From Acidimicrobiales bacterium (lineage in GTDB: Bacteria; Actinomycetota; Acidimicrobiia; Acidimicrobiales; Bog-793), in NCBI GenBank assembly GCA_035534715.1, contig DATLRJ010000138.1, forward strand, positions 37,266-101,265: a DNA stretch of 64,000 nucleotides, given 5' to 3'. Below, one piece after another: positions 9,090-17,692 of this stretch. Under the pieces are notes generated by a model. The model was not told where the DNA came from and ran no database searches. It worked only from the letters and a program-made list of their open reading frames with translations. Made by a program: the position numbers and the translations under genes. Position 1 is the first letter of the stretch. The number at the start of each line of letters is the position of its first letter.

Positions 9090-10321
9090 CCGTGATGACT
9101 CCCGCGAGCGTGACCCCGGCAAATGACGTGGCCTCGCTGGACGCGATGCTCGCCGAGCCCATCGAGCGAGCGCGACTTCGCGAGCGCGCGACGTTCGACG
9201 ACGCGGCCCGGGAGAGGGCCGGGCGGATCGTGCTGTTCGGAGCTGGCGGCCTCGGCCGCCGGACGCTCGCGGGGCTCCGTGCGGCGGGGGTCGAGCCGCT
9301 CGCGTTCGCGGACAACCGTGCGGGCTCGCACGGGTCCACTGTCGACGGCGTCGAGGTGCTCGCCCCGGAGGACGCGTCCGCGCGCTTCGGTGCGGACGCC
9401 GTGTTCGTGGTGACGATCTGGGGCGCGGGTAGCACGCACCGCTTCGCCCACTCACGTGACCAGCTCACCGCGCTCGGGTGCGACTGCGTCGTCCCCGCGG
9501 CGTGGCTCTTCTGGCGCCACGCTGAGCAGCTTCTCCCGTTCTACGCGCTCGACCTGCCCTCGCGCCTTCTCGAGCAGGGGACCGAGGTGCGCAGGTGCTA
9601 CGAGTCGCTCGCGGACGAGCGGTCGCGGGCGGAGTACGTCGCGCAGGTCCGCTGGCGCCTCACCGGCGACCCCGGGGGTCTCGCCCACCCGGTCGGGGAG
9701 GCGCAGTACCTCGTGACCGACGTCGCGGTCCCGGTAGATGGCGACGTGGTGCTCGACTGCGGTGCGTACGACGGCGACACGCTCCGTTCGTGGATGGCGG
9801 TGCGCGGCCCGTCGTTCCGGGAGTACGTGGCGATGGAGCCGGACCCGCAGAGCCGTGCCCGCCTCGCTGCGTGCGTCGCGGCGATGGACGACGGCTTGCG
9901 GCAGCGCGTACGGGTCCTCCCGTACTCGGTGGGCGGCCGGACGGGGATCGCGACGTTCAGCGCGTCGGGGTCGCTCTCGTCATCGCTCGGCGAGGGCGGT
10001 GGGATCGAGGTCGAGTGCGTTCGGCTCGACGACCTGCGCGACGAGCTCGGGGGCGCGTCGCCGACCTTCGTGAAGGTGGACATCGAAGGCGCCGAGCTCG
10101 ACGCGCTCGCGGGTGCGGCGTCGCTCGTTCGCGAGTGCCGCCCGATGATCGCGATCGCCGCTTACCACCGCCAGGACCACCTGTGGCGCGTTCCGCTCGC
10201 GGTGCGCGCGCTGTGGCCCGGGTACGCGCTCTTCCTCCGGCCGCACAACGAGGAAGGCTGGGACCTCATCCTCTACGCGGTTCCGCCGGATCGCGTGCCG
10301 GGGCGCCGAGCCGCGACGTGA
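9086..10321 (+). CDS. FkbM-family methyltransferase with N-terminal Rossmann-like domain
   Basis: The protein is 411 aa from ATG 9086 (ATGA overlap). It has VLDCGAYDGDTLRSW and FVKVDIEGAELDAL motifs. The N-terminal module reads RIVLFGAGGLGRRTLAGLRAAGVEPLAFADN. Confidence 0.8.
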   Translation: MTVMTPASVTPANDVASLDAMLAEPIERARLRERATFDDAARERAGRIVLFGAGGLGRRTLAGLRAAGVEPLAFADNRAGSHGSTVDGVEVLAPEDASARFGADAVFVVTIWGAGSTHRFAHSRDQLTALGCDCVVPAAWLFWRHAEQLLPFYALDLPSRLLEQGTEVRRCYESLADERSRAEYVAQVRWRLTGDPGGLAHPVGEAQYLVTDVAVPVDGDVVLDCGAYDGDTLRSWMAVRGPSFREYVAMEPDPQSRARLAACVAAMDDGLRQRVRVLPYSVGGRTGIATFSASGSLSSSLGEGGGIEVECVRLDDLRDELGGASPTFVKVDIEGAELDALAGAASLVRECRPMIAIAAYHRQDHLWRVPLAVRALWPGYALFLRPHNEEGWDLILYAVPPDRVPGRRAAT

Positions 10322-11361
10322 CCGTGCCCACCTTGCTCGCTCACGAGACGGTCGCCGACTGGCTCGACTGGCGCGCCCGAGCCGCTGCGCGGGCGCACTC
10401 CCGCCGCTGGAGCCCGTCTCCGAGCGGTGCGTACTCGCTGTTCGGCGCGGGCGGGGCGCCGCTCGGGGAGGGTGCAGTCGTGGTCGCGATCGACGACGTG
10501 TCGCCGACGGTGCGCGCCTCGCTCCTCGCCCCTGCCGACCTTCTCGTCGCACGCGGCGTCCCGGTCGCGCTCCTCGCACCGGCTCACCTCGCGGATGCGC
10601 TCGCGGTGCGCGGCTTCCGCGCGGTCGCGGACCTCCGGGACCCGTCCACGTCGCCGGTGGCGCCTGCGGCCGTGCTCGCACTGTCGCACGCGGTGGGCGC
10701 CGGAGCCGCGGGTTGGGTGCTCGCGGGCCGCGCGCACGCGCCGTTCCTCGTCGTCCAACACGGTGTCGTCACCCCGTACGCCCCCCCCCTTCCTGCGGGT
10801 GCCGTCCTTCTCGCATGGTCGGCGCGAGATGCAGCGTTCTGGCTCGCGGGACGCGTGGAGCTCGAGGTGGAGGTCGTGGGGAGCGAGCTGCTGTGGCAGG
10901 CGGCCCAGCTCCGTCGCGAGCGAGCCGGCGCCGGAGAGGGGCTCTGCTTTCTCGGCCAGCTCCACGGAGCGGAGCTGGGGCGCGACGTGACGGTTCGCAC
11001 GGTCGCTTCGATCGCGCGCACACGTCCGGTCCTGTACCGCCCGCATCCCGCGGAGCGCGACCCGCTGAGCCTCGTGCGGCACGAGCGGTGGCGCCGTGGG
11101 GGAGTCACGGTCGCCTCGGCGAACGTGCCGCTCACCGACGAGGAGGGACCCATCGTCGGGATCTTCTCGACGGGGATCCTCGAGGCGGCCGCATGCGGCC
11201 TGGACGCGTACGCGACCTGCGTGCGCCCGCCCGGGTGGGTGGAGGAACTATGGCTCCGGTACTCGATGGCGCCGCTCGGGGCCCGCGAGGCAACCGTGGT
11301 GACCGTTCCTCCACGGCGACCCGCCGAGGCGATCGCGGACCTCGTGGAGGAGCGGAGGTGA
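10318..11361 (+). CDS. uncharacterised GT-B-like protein (candidate NDP-sugar hydrolase or ulosonate transferase)
   Basis: The protein is 347 aa from GTG 10318, with GTGA overlaps at both ends. The C-terminal half looks GT-B-like (FLGQLHGAE..., LYRPHPAE, LTDEEGPIVGIFSTGILEAAACG). I recognised no confident family match. Confidence 0.55.
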   Translation: MTVPTLLAHETVADWLDWRARAAARAHSRRWSPSPSGAYSLFGAGGAPLGEGAVVVAIDDVSPTVRASLLAPADLLVARGVPVALLAPAHLADALAVRGFRAVADLRDPSTSPVAPAAVLALSHAVGAGAAGWVLAGRAHAPFLVVQHGVVTPYAPPLPAGAVLLAWSARDAAFWLAGRVELEVEVVGSELLWQAAQLRRERAGAGEGLCFLGQLHGAELGRDVTVRTVASIARTRPVLYRPHPAERDPLSLVRHERWRRGGVTVASANVPLTDEEGPIVGIFSTGILEAAACGLDAYATCVRPPGWVEELWLRYSMAPLGAREATVVTVPPRRPAEAIADLVEERR

Positions 11362-12062
11362 TCGTCGGGCGCGGCACACCGTTCCTCGTCGTGGTCCCGG
11401 CACGCGGGGGTTCGAAGCGGGTGCCGGGAAAGAACCGGCGCCTTCTCGCGGGACGGCCGCTCGTCGAGTGGTCGATCGAGCACGTGGCGCGGTGCACGAC
11501 GCCGATGCGCCTCGTGGTGAGCACCGACAGCAGCGAGATCGCCGCCCTCGCTATCGCTGCAGGGGCCGAGGTTCCCTTCATCCGCCCGGCGGAGCTCGCG
11601 ACCGACGAGGCGCCGACCGAGCCGGTGCTCGTCCACGCGCTCGACGCGACGCCCGGCGCGTCCGAGGCGGAGCACGTCGTGCTGCTACCGCCGACGTCCC
11701 CGATCCGCCGCGACGGGTCGATCGACGCGGCGGTCGCCCGTTACCGAGCGCTCGGTGCGGACAGCCTCGTGAGCGTCACGGAGGCGAGCCCGTTGCAGTG
11801 GAGCGGTCCGCTCGACTCGCCGCGGCCGCTCTACGACACGAACGCGCGCCCGCGTCTGCAGAGCGTCGCACCGCAGATGCGCAGGTACCGGGAGAACGGG
11901 AGCATCGTCATCACTTCCGCCGCCGGGCTCCGCGCATCGGGCAACCGCATCTGCGGCAAGACCGTGATGTTCGTCATGAGCCCCGAGGAAGGCATCGACC
12001 TCGACTGCGAGTACGACTTCTGGATGGCCGAGCAGTGGTTACGGAGCGCACATGCTTATTGA
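11358..12062 (+). CDS. acylneuraminate/ulosonate cytidylyltransferase family protein (NeuA/PseF/LegF/KdsB-type)
   Basis: The protein is 234 aa from GTG 11358. It carries VVVPARGGSKRVPGKNRRLLAGRPLVEWSI, VVSTDS and LLPPTSPIRR motifs of the CTP_transf_3 family. Confidence 0.85.
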   Translation: MIVGRGTPFLVVVPARGGSKRVPGKNRRLLAGRPLVEWSIEHVARCTTPMRLVVSTDSSEIAALAIAAGAEVPFIRPAELATDEAPTEPVLVHALDATPGASEAEHVVLLPPTSPIRRDGSIDAAVARYRALGADSLVSVTEASPLQWSGPLDSPRPLYDTNARPRLQSVAPQMRRYRENGSIVITSAAGLRASGNRICGKTVMFVMSPEEGIDLDCEYDFWMAEQWLRSAHAY

Positions 12063-14298
12063 ACGAGACATCGCACGGTACTGCGTCGCGAGCGACGAGA
12101 CGGTCGAGGAAGCACTCCGGCAGATCGCGCGCAACGGGCGGCGCACGGTGTTCTGCGTCGAGCAGTCCGGAGCGCTCGCGGGCGTGATCACCGACGGCGA
12201 CTTCCGCCGCTGGCTCCTCGCGAACCCCGGGGGACCGCTGTCGACGTGCGCGCTGTCGGTCGCGAACCGGTCGTACGTCTCGGCCCGGTCTGGAACTTCG
12301 ACCGACGAGATCGAGGCGCTGTTCAGCGAGGCGATCCAGCTCGTGCCGGTCGTCGACGACAGCGGGCGGCTTGTCGCGGTCGCGCGTCCCCGCACACGCA
12401 CGCTGTGGATCTCCGGGCACGAGGTCGCGGCCGGCTCGCCGACGTTCGTCGTTGCGGAGATCGGCATCAACCACAACGGAAGCCTGGACGTCGCGAAGCG
12501 ACTCGTCGACGTCGCCGCGCGAGCGGGCGTGAACTGTGCGAAGTTCCAGATGCGCGACCTCGCCTCGCTCTACCGGAACTCCGGCGCGGTCGGCGATTAC
12601 CGCGAGGACCTCGGCCCGCAGTACACGCTCGACTTGCTCGAGCGGTTCTCGCTCGGCGTCGACGAGATGGTGGCGCTCTTCGACTACTGCCGGAGCGTCG
12701 GCCTCGTCCCGCTGTGCACGCCGTGGGACCTCGAGAGCGCGCGGGTGCTCGACGACTACGGGATCCCGGCGTACAAGGTCGCGTCCGCGGACCTCACGAA
12801 CCACGCGCTCGTGTCGTTCCTCGCGCAGAGCGGACGGCCGGTGATCCTCTCGACGGGAATGTCGACCGAGCAGGAGATCGTCGAGACCGTCTCGCTCCTC
12901 CGGTCGGCCGGGGCAGCCTACGCGCTGCTCCACTGCAACTCGACCTACCCGGCGCCGTTCAAGGACGTGAACCTGCGCTACATGGACCGTCTCGCCCAGA
13001 TCGGCGACTGCGCCGTGGGCTACTCGGGCCACGAACGCGGCTACCACGTGGCGGTCGCCGCAGTCGCGCGCGGCGCGAGCATCGTCGAGAAGCACGTGAC
13101 GCTCGACCGGACGTGGGAGGGCAACGACCACAAGGTGAGCCTCGAGCCGGACGAGCTCGTCGCGATGGTGCGTGAGATCCGCGACGTCGAGGAATCGCTC
13201 GGGTCCAACGTGACTCGCTCGGTCACGCCGGGGGAGATGATGAACCGGGTGAACCTCGCGAAGAGTCTCGTCGCGCGCGTCGCGATCCGCGCCGGCACCG
13301 AGATCACCGACGACCTCGTCGAGGTGCGGAGCCCCGGGCGCGGACTCCAGCCGAACCGCCGGTCGGAGCTCGTCGGCCGCACCGTGGCGCGCGACCTGGA
13401 ACCAGGAGACTTCTTCTTCGAGAGCGACCTCGCGCGTGGCCAGGTCGCGCCACGCGACTACCGCTTCCGCCGTCCGTGGGGACTTCCCGTCCGCTACCAC
13501 GACTACCGGGACCTCGCGGCGCGCTCGAACCCCGACTTCCTCGAGTTCCACATGAGCTATCGCGACCTCGACCTGCGCGTGGCCGACATGGTGGGCGAGC
13601 CGGTCGCGGCTGGGCTCGTCGTCCACAGCCCGGACCTGTTCCCGGGCGACCACATCTTGAACCTCGCGAGCATGGACGACGCGTACTGGAAGCGGTCGAT
13701 CTGCGAGCTGCAGCGCGTGGTGGACCGCACTCGCGAGCTCGCGCCGAGGTTCCGCACGGCCGGCCGGACGCTCGTGGTCGCGAGCCTTGGCGGCTTCTCG
13801 TCCGACCGCCCACTCCCGAGCGCCGAGCTTCCCGAGCGCTACGCACGCGTCGCGTCTGGCCTCGAGGAGCTCGACGACGAGGGCGTCGAGATCGTCGCGC
13901 AGACGCTGCCTCCGTTCCCGTGGTACCTGGGCGGCCAACGCTTCTGCAACCTGTTCGTCGACCCGGCGGACACGGTGGAGTTCGCGCGGGGCTACGGCCG
14001 GCGCATCTGCCTCGACGTCGCGCATACGAAGCTCGCGTGCAATCAGCGCCAGCTCGCCTTCTCGGACGCGGTCGAGCTGCTAGCGCCGTACACGGCGCAC
14101 CTTCACGTGGTGGACGCCTCCGGCGTCGACGGGGAGGGCCTGCAGGTCGGCACGGGCGAGGTCGACTTCCGGGTCCTCGCGGAGCAGCTCGACCGGCTCG
14201 CCCCGGCCGCGGGGTTCATCCCGGAGATCTGGCAGGGTCACCAGAACCTCGGCGAGGGCTTCTGGGTCGCCCTCGACCGCCTCGAGCGGTACTTGTGA
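12052..14298 (+). CDS. CBS pair + NeuB-type (PEP-condensing) ulosonate synthase + SAF + xylose-isomerase-like TIM-barrel fusion
   Basis: The protein is 748 aa. It begins with a CBS-like region. The NeuB motifs are TFVVAEIGINHNGSLDVAKRLVDVAARAGVNCAKFQ and SGHERGY...EKHVTLD. A SAF segment follows (VAIRAGTEITDDLVEVRSPGRGL). The C-terminal ~270 aa carry AP_endonuc_2/TIM-barrel motifs (ICLDVAHTKLA, AHLHVVDASGVDGEGLQVGTGEVDF). Confidence 0.85.
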   Translation: MLIERDIARYCVASDETVEEALRQIARNGRRTVFCVEQSGALAGVITDGDFRRWLLANPGGPLSTCALSVANRSYVSARSGTSTDEIEALFSEAIQLVPVVDDSGRLVAVARPRTRTLWISGHEVAAGSPTFVVAEIGINHNGSLDVAKRLVDVAARAGVNCAKFQMRDLASLYRNSGAVGDYREDLGPQYTLDLLERFSLGVDEMVALFDYCRSVGLVPLCTPWDLESARVLDDYGIPAYKVASADLTNHALVSFLAQSGRPVILSTGMSTEQEIVETVSLLRSAGAAYALLHCNSTYPAPFKDVNLRYMDRLAQIGDCAVGYSGHERGYHVAVAAVARGASIVEKHVTLDRTWEGNDHKVSLEPDELVAMVREIRDVEESLGSNVTRSVTPGEMMNRVNLAKSLVARVAIRAGTEITDDLVEVRSPGRGLQPNRRSELVGRTVARDLEPGDFFFESDLARGQVAPRDYRFRRPWGLPVRYHDYRDLAARSNPDFLEFHMSYRDLDLRVADMVGEPVAAGLVVHSPDLFPGDHILNLASMDDAYWKRSICELQRVVDRTRELAPRFRTAGRTLVVASLGGFSSDRPLPSAELPERYARVASGLEELDDEGVEIVAQTLPPFPWYLGGQRFCNLFVDPADTVEFARGYGRRICLDVAHTKLACNQRQLAFSDAVELLAPYTAHLHVVDASGVDGEGLQVGTGEVDFRVLAEQLDRLAPAAGFIPEIWQGHQNLGEGFWVALDRLERYL

Positions 14299-15146
14299 GC
14301 ACGCCCACGCAAGCGACGCGACCCGGAGGCGAGTTCGACCTGGGCGGAAAGGTCGTGCTCCTCACGGGCGCGCGCGGTCAGATCGGCTCGGAGGCCGCGG
14401 ACGCGTTCGCCGCGCACGGAGCCTTCGTGGTGGTCACCGACATCGGGGACGCGGCACGCCTCGAGGACCAGGCGCGCGACCTGCGGGCCCGGCACGCGGG
14501 CGCGCGCGCGATCGGTGTCGAGCTCGACGTCACGTCGGCCGATTCGGTCGCCGCGGCGTTCGCCGTGGTCGCCGAGGAGTTCGGTCGGGTCGACGTGCTC
14601 GTGAACAACGCCGCGATCGACGCGAAGTTCGACGCCTCCGTCGGCGCGATCGAGCCTGCCCGCTTCGAGTCCTATCCGCTCGAGCTGTGGGAGCGCTCCG
14701 TCGCGGTGAACCTCACGGGACTCATGCGCGTCACGCAGGCGGCGCTCCAGGTCATGTTGCCGCAAGGCAGTGGAAACATTGTGAACGTCGGGTCCTCGTA
14801 CGGCGTCGTCTCGCCGAACCAGGCGCTCTACGAGACCGACCGCGTACACGAGCGCCGCTACAAGCCCGTCGACTACGTGGGCACGAAGTCCGCGATCGCG
14901 AACCTCACTCGCTACTGGGCGACCCTCTACGCGCGCGAGGGCATTCGCTGCAACTGCCTGGTCCCGCACGGGATCGACAACGCGCACGACGAGCGGTTCC
15001 GCCAGAACTTCGCGTCGCTCTCGCCGATCGGGCGCATGTGCGCGGTCGAGGAGCTGCGAGGGCCGTTCGTCTTCCTCGCGTCCGACGCGTCGAGCTACAT
15101 GACCGGGTCCGTGCTCGTGGTCGACGGGGGATGGACCGCGTGGTAG
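14295..15146 (+). CDS. classical short-chain dehydrogenase/reductase
   Basis: The protein is 283 aa from GTG 14295 (GTGA overlap). It has VVLLTGARGQIGS, NNAA and YVGTK (YxxxK) motifs. Confidence 0.85.
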   Translation: MSTPTQATRPGGEFDLGGKVVLLTGARGQIGSEAADAFAAHGAFVVVTDIGDAARLEDQARDLRARHAGARAIGVELDVTSADSVAAAFAVVAEEFGRVDVLVNNAAIDAKFDASVGAIEPARFESYPLELWERSVAVNLTGLMRVTQAALQVMLPQGSGNIVNVGSSYGVVSPNQALYETDRVHERRYKPVDYVGTKSAIANLTRYWATLYAREGIRCNCLVPHGIDNAHDERFRQNFASLSPIGRMCAVEELRGPFVFLASDASSYMTGSVLVVDGGWTAW

Positions 15147-15174
15147 CGCAACGGGCGCGCGCCGGTCGCGGTGG

Positions 15175-16203
15175 TCAGGCGATCACCTCGACGCGGCCCG
15201 TCTCGAGCGAGGTGCGAAGCGCGAGCGCGATGCGCAGCGTGTCGACGCCGTGCGCAAGACTCACGGGCACGTCGGCCTCGCCGCGCGCGGCCGCGAGGAA
15301 CGCGCGCATCTCGTCGAGGAACATGTCGTTGCGTGCGAAACCCGCGTAGCTCGTCGAGCGCGCGGCGCCTCCGTCCTCCCCGTACCAGGTGAGCGAGGGG
15401 CGGAGCAGGTCGACCTCGGCGGTCCCTCGCTCGCCCCGAACGACACAGGTCCGCCGTGCGGGCCGGCTCCGGAAGTCGAGGTGGAGGTGCGCGGGGAGAG
15501 GCCGTCCACCGGTCTCGAACTCGAGCAGCGCGCTCGCGGTGTCCTCGACGTCGACGTCGAGATCGCTCACGTGCCCGCCGACGGCGAAGACGCGCCGCGG
15601 CATCCCGAGCAGCCAGTGGAGGTAGTCGAGCTCGTGGATCTGGGTGAGCACGACCCCGCCGCCGAGGTCGCGGCGAGCCGCGTAGGACCGGCGGTAGTCC
15701 TCGTAGGGGTGGTACGCGGGCAGGTAGTCCGCCTCGGTCGCGCACACGGTGACGACGCGCCCGAGCGCGTCGCGACCGATCAGCTCGCGGAGCTCGAGGA
15801 GCGCAGGGTGGAAGCGGTGCTGGCACCCCACCGCGACGGTCGCGCCGCGTCGCGCGGCGAGCTCCACGAGGGCGTCGAGGCCGTCGAGCGAGTCGGACAC
15901 GGGCTTCTCGACGAGTACGGCAGCGCCCGCACGGATCGCTTCGTCGACCACGGGGAGGTGGAGGCTCGTCGGATTGCTCACGACGACGACGTCGGGGCGG
16001 GTCGCGAGCGCGTCGCCGAGGTCGTCGAACGCGCCGCCATCGCAGTCGGCGAGCGCGCTCGCGTGGAGCTCGGGGACGACCTGCGCGCCGGTACGGCCCG
16101 TGAGCGCGCAGAGCTCGAGGTCGTTGCCGAGAAGGGTGCGGAGGTTCGCGGCGTGGCGCCGGCCGATCGAGCCGAGCCCGACGACGAGGGCCCGCGTCGT
16201 CAT
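15175..16203 (-). CDS. Gfo/Idh/MocA-family NAD(P)-dependent sugar oxidoreductase
   Basis: The protein is 342 aa. It has the Rossmann motif LVVGLGSIGRRHAANL and an EKP motif (VLVEKPV). Confidence 0.85.
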   Translation of the reverse strand: MTTRALVVGLGSIGRRHAANLRTLLGNDLELCALTGRTGAQVVPELHASALADCDGGAFDDLGDALATRPDVVVVSNPTSLHLPVVDEAIRAGAAVLVEKPVSDSLDGLDALVELAARRGATVAVGCQHRFHPALLELRELIGRDALGRVVTVCATEADYLPAYHPYEDYRRSYAARRDLGGGVVLTQIHELDYLHWLLGMPRRVFAVGGHVSDLDVDVEDTASALLEFETGGRPLPAHLHLDFRSRPARRTCVVRGERGTAEVDLLRPSLTWYGEDGGAARSTSYAGFARNDMFLDEMRAFLAAARGEADVPVSLAHGVDTLRIALALRTSLETGRVEVIA

Positions 16204-17444
16204 CCGGCCGTCGGGGGACCGACCGCTCCGTCGACCCGGACGATCGGGTTCGCGAGGCCGAGCGACTCGGCCGCCGCGGCGATCGAGTCGGCACGGATGA
16301 ACGAGGCGACGACGAGTGGCACGTCCCCTTCCGGGAGGTCTGCGGGCGCGACGACCTGCCGTCCTGCGAACGAGAAGCCGCGGCGGGACGGGCTGCCGTC
16401 GACGTACGCGACCGCGTGGCGCGACGCGAGCGGCTCGAGGGCGAGCAGCTTGAACGCGGCCTCACCGATGCCCCACACGGCGTAGTCGCGCCGATCGCCG
16501 AGCGAGTGCTCGAGCGCGGATTCGACTTGGGCGAGGTCGCGCCTCGAGCGCGCGGCGAAGTCGACGAGCACCCGTTCGAGCGCGTCGTCGCGCGCCTCGG
16601 CGTGCCCGGCCGCCTTCGTGAAGCGCCAGGCCACGGCCGCGCAGCGGGTCCCGACGGCCGGGGTGAGCGGTGCGACGTACGAGGTCTCCGCGACGGTTTC
16701 GAGGCCGAAGCGCGCGGCGAGGCGCCGCAGTCCGGGGAACGAGAGGTGGTTCACGTGCTCGGTGCTGAAGTCCTCGAACGGCGCGACGTACGGGTCGAGG
16801 TAGCGGCTCGCGTCGGGGACCTCGACGTAGACGGCTCCTCCCGGAGCGAGCCGGCCGCAGAGCGCGCGTATCGCCGCGGCAGGGTCCCACAGGTGCTCGA
16901 GCACGCCGGTCGCGCAGATGCAGTCGAATTCGCCGAGGTCGTCCGGGAGGTTCGAGAACGTTCCCAGGCGGGCGCGTACCCCGGGGCGCAGGTTTGCGAT
17001 CCGCACCGAGTCCGGAGACGGGTCGATGCCCTGGAGGTTCCGGTAGCCGCGGCGCGCGAGCGCCCCGAGGATGAGTCCCGTGGAGCAGCCGACGTCGAGC
17101 ACGCGGGCGTCGCGGGAGCCCACGACCGACGCGATCCGCGAGGCGGAGGACTCGGTCTTGGCCGCGAGCCAGGCAGGCTCGTCCGCCGAAGCCGCCGGCG
17201 TCGTGCCGCCGGATCCCGGCGAGTACACCGCGACCTCGTTTGCGTACTTGGCGAGCGTCTCGTAGTACCGCTCGTAGTACTCGGGTGCTACGACGGCGTC
17301 CGCGAATCCCGTGCCGCACTCGTAGCAGGACACGACGGAGTAGCCGTCGCCGAGCGGGTGGCCGTCCGGTGCTCGCATGCGCACGTCGGCGACCGCGGCA
17401 CCGCCCCGGTCGGACCCGCAGACCGGGCACGCGCGACTGTCCAT
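16200..17444 (-). CDS. class I SAM-dependent methyltransferase with N-terminal Zn-ribbon and C-terminal Rossmann-like domain
   Basis: The protein is 414 aa. Its cysteine pairs are CPVCGS...CYECG. The SAM motif is VLDVGCSTGLILGALA. The C-terminal module reads DYAVWGIGEAAFKLL...AYVDGSPSRRG. The architecture recalls sugar C-/O-methyltransferases. It forms an ATGA overlap with the downstream oxidoreductase. Confidence 0.8.
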   Translation of the reverse strand: MDSRACPVCGSDRGGAAVADVRMRAPDGHPLGDGYSVVSCYECGTGFADAVVAPEYYERYYETLAKYANEVAVYSPGSGGTTPAASADEPAWLAAKTESSASRIASVVGSRDARVLDVGCSTGLILGALARRGYRNLQGIDPSPDSVRIANLRPGVRARLGTFSNLPDDLGEFDCICATGVLEHLWDPAAAIRALCGRLAPGGAVYVEVPDASRYLDPYVAPFEDFSTEHVNHLSFPGLRRLAARFGLETVAETSYVAPLTPAVGTRCAAVAWRFTKAAGHAEARDDALERVLVDFAARSRRDLAQVESALEHSLGDRRDYAVWGIGEAAFKLLALEPLASRHAVAYVDGSPSRRGFSFAGRQVVAPADLPEGDVPLVVASFIRADSIAAAAESLGLANPIVRVDGAVGPPTAG

Positions 17445-17692
17445 CCCCGATCCTCCTCCTGTGCTCGCGGCGGTGCGCCGACGTTAGCGGCTCGACCGCC
17501 GCGCACGGCGTGGGGAGGCCGGGCGGCGGCGCTCTTTCGCCGAGCGAGCACGCGAAGCGCGCGCTCGAGCCTTCAAGCGCCGTCGAGGTGCGCCGTTAGC
17601 CTGCCGATGACCGCCGCTGCCGGGTCCGCGGGGAGTGGAGCGCGCCCGCGCGGCGCGCCGGCGCGCGGGCGGCCCGACGGACGGGCCGCGCG

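Noticed and set aside
10318-11361. Calling the GT-B-like protein a sialyltransferase on the basis of HP and DEEG motifs.
   Set aside because: The two motifs occur in the reverse order relative to the bacterial sialyltransferase D/E-D/E-G ... HP arrangement. The similarity may be coincidental.
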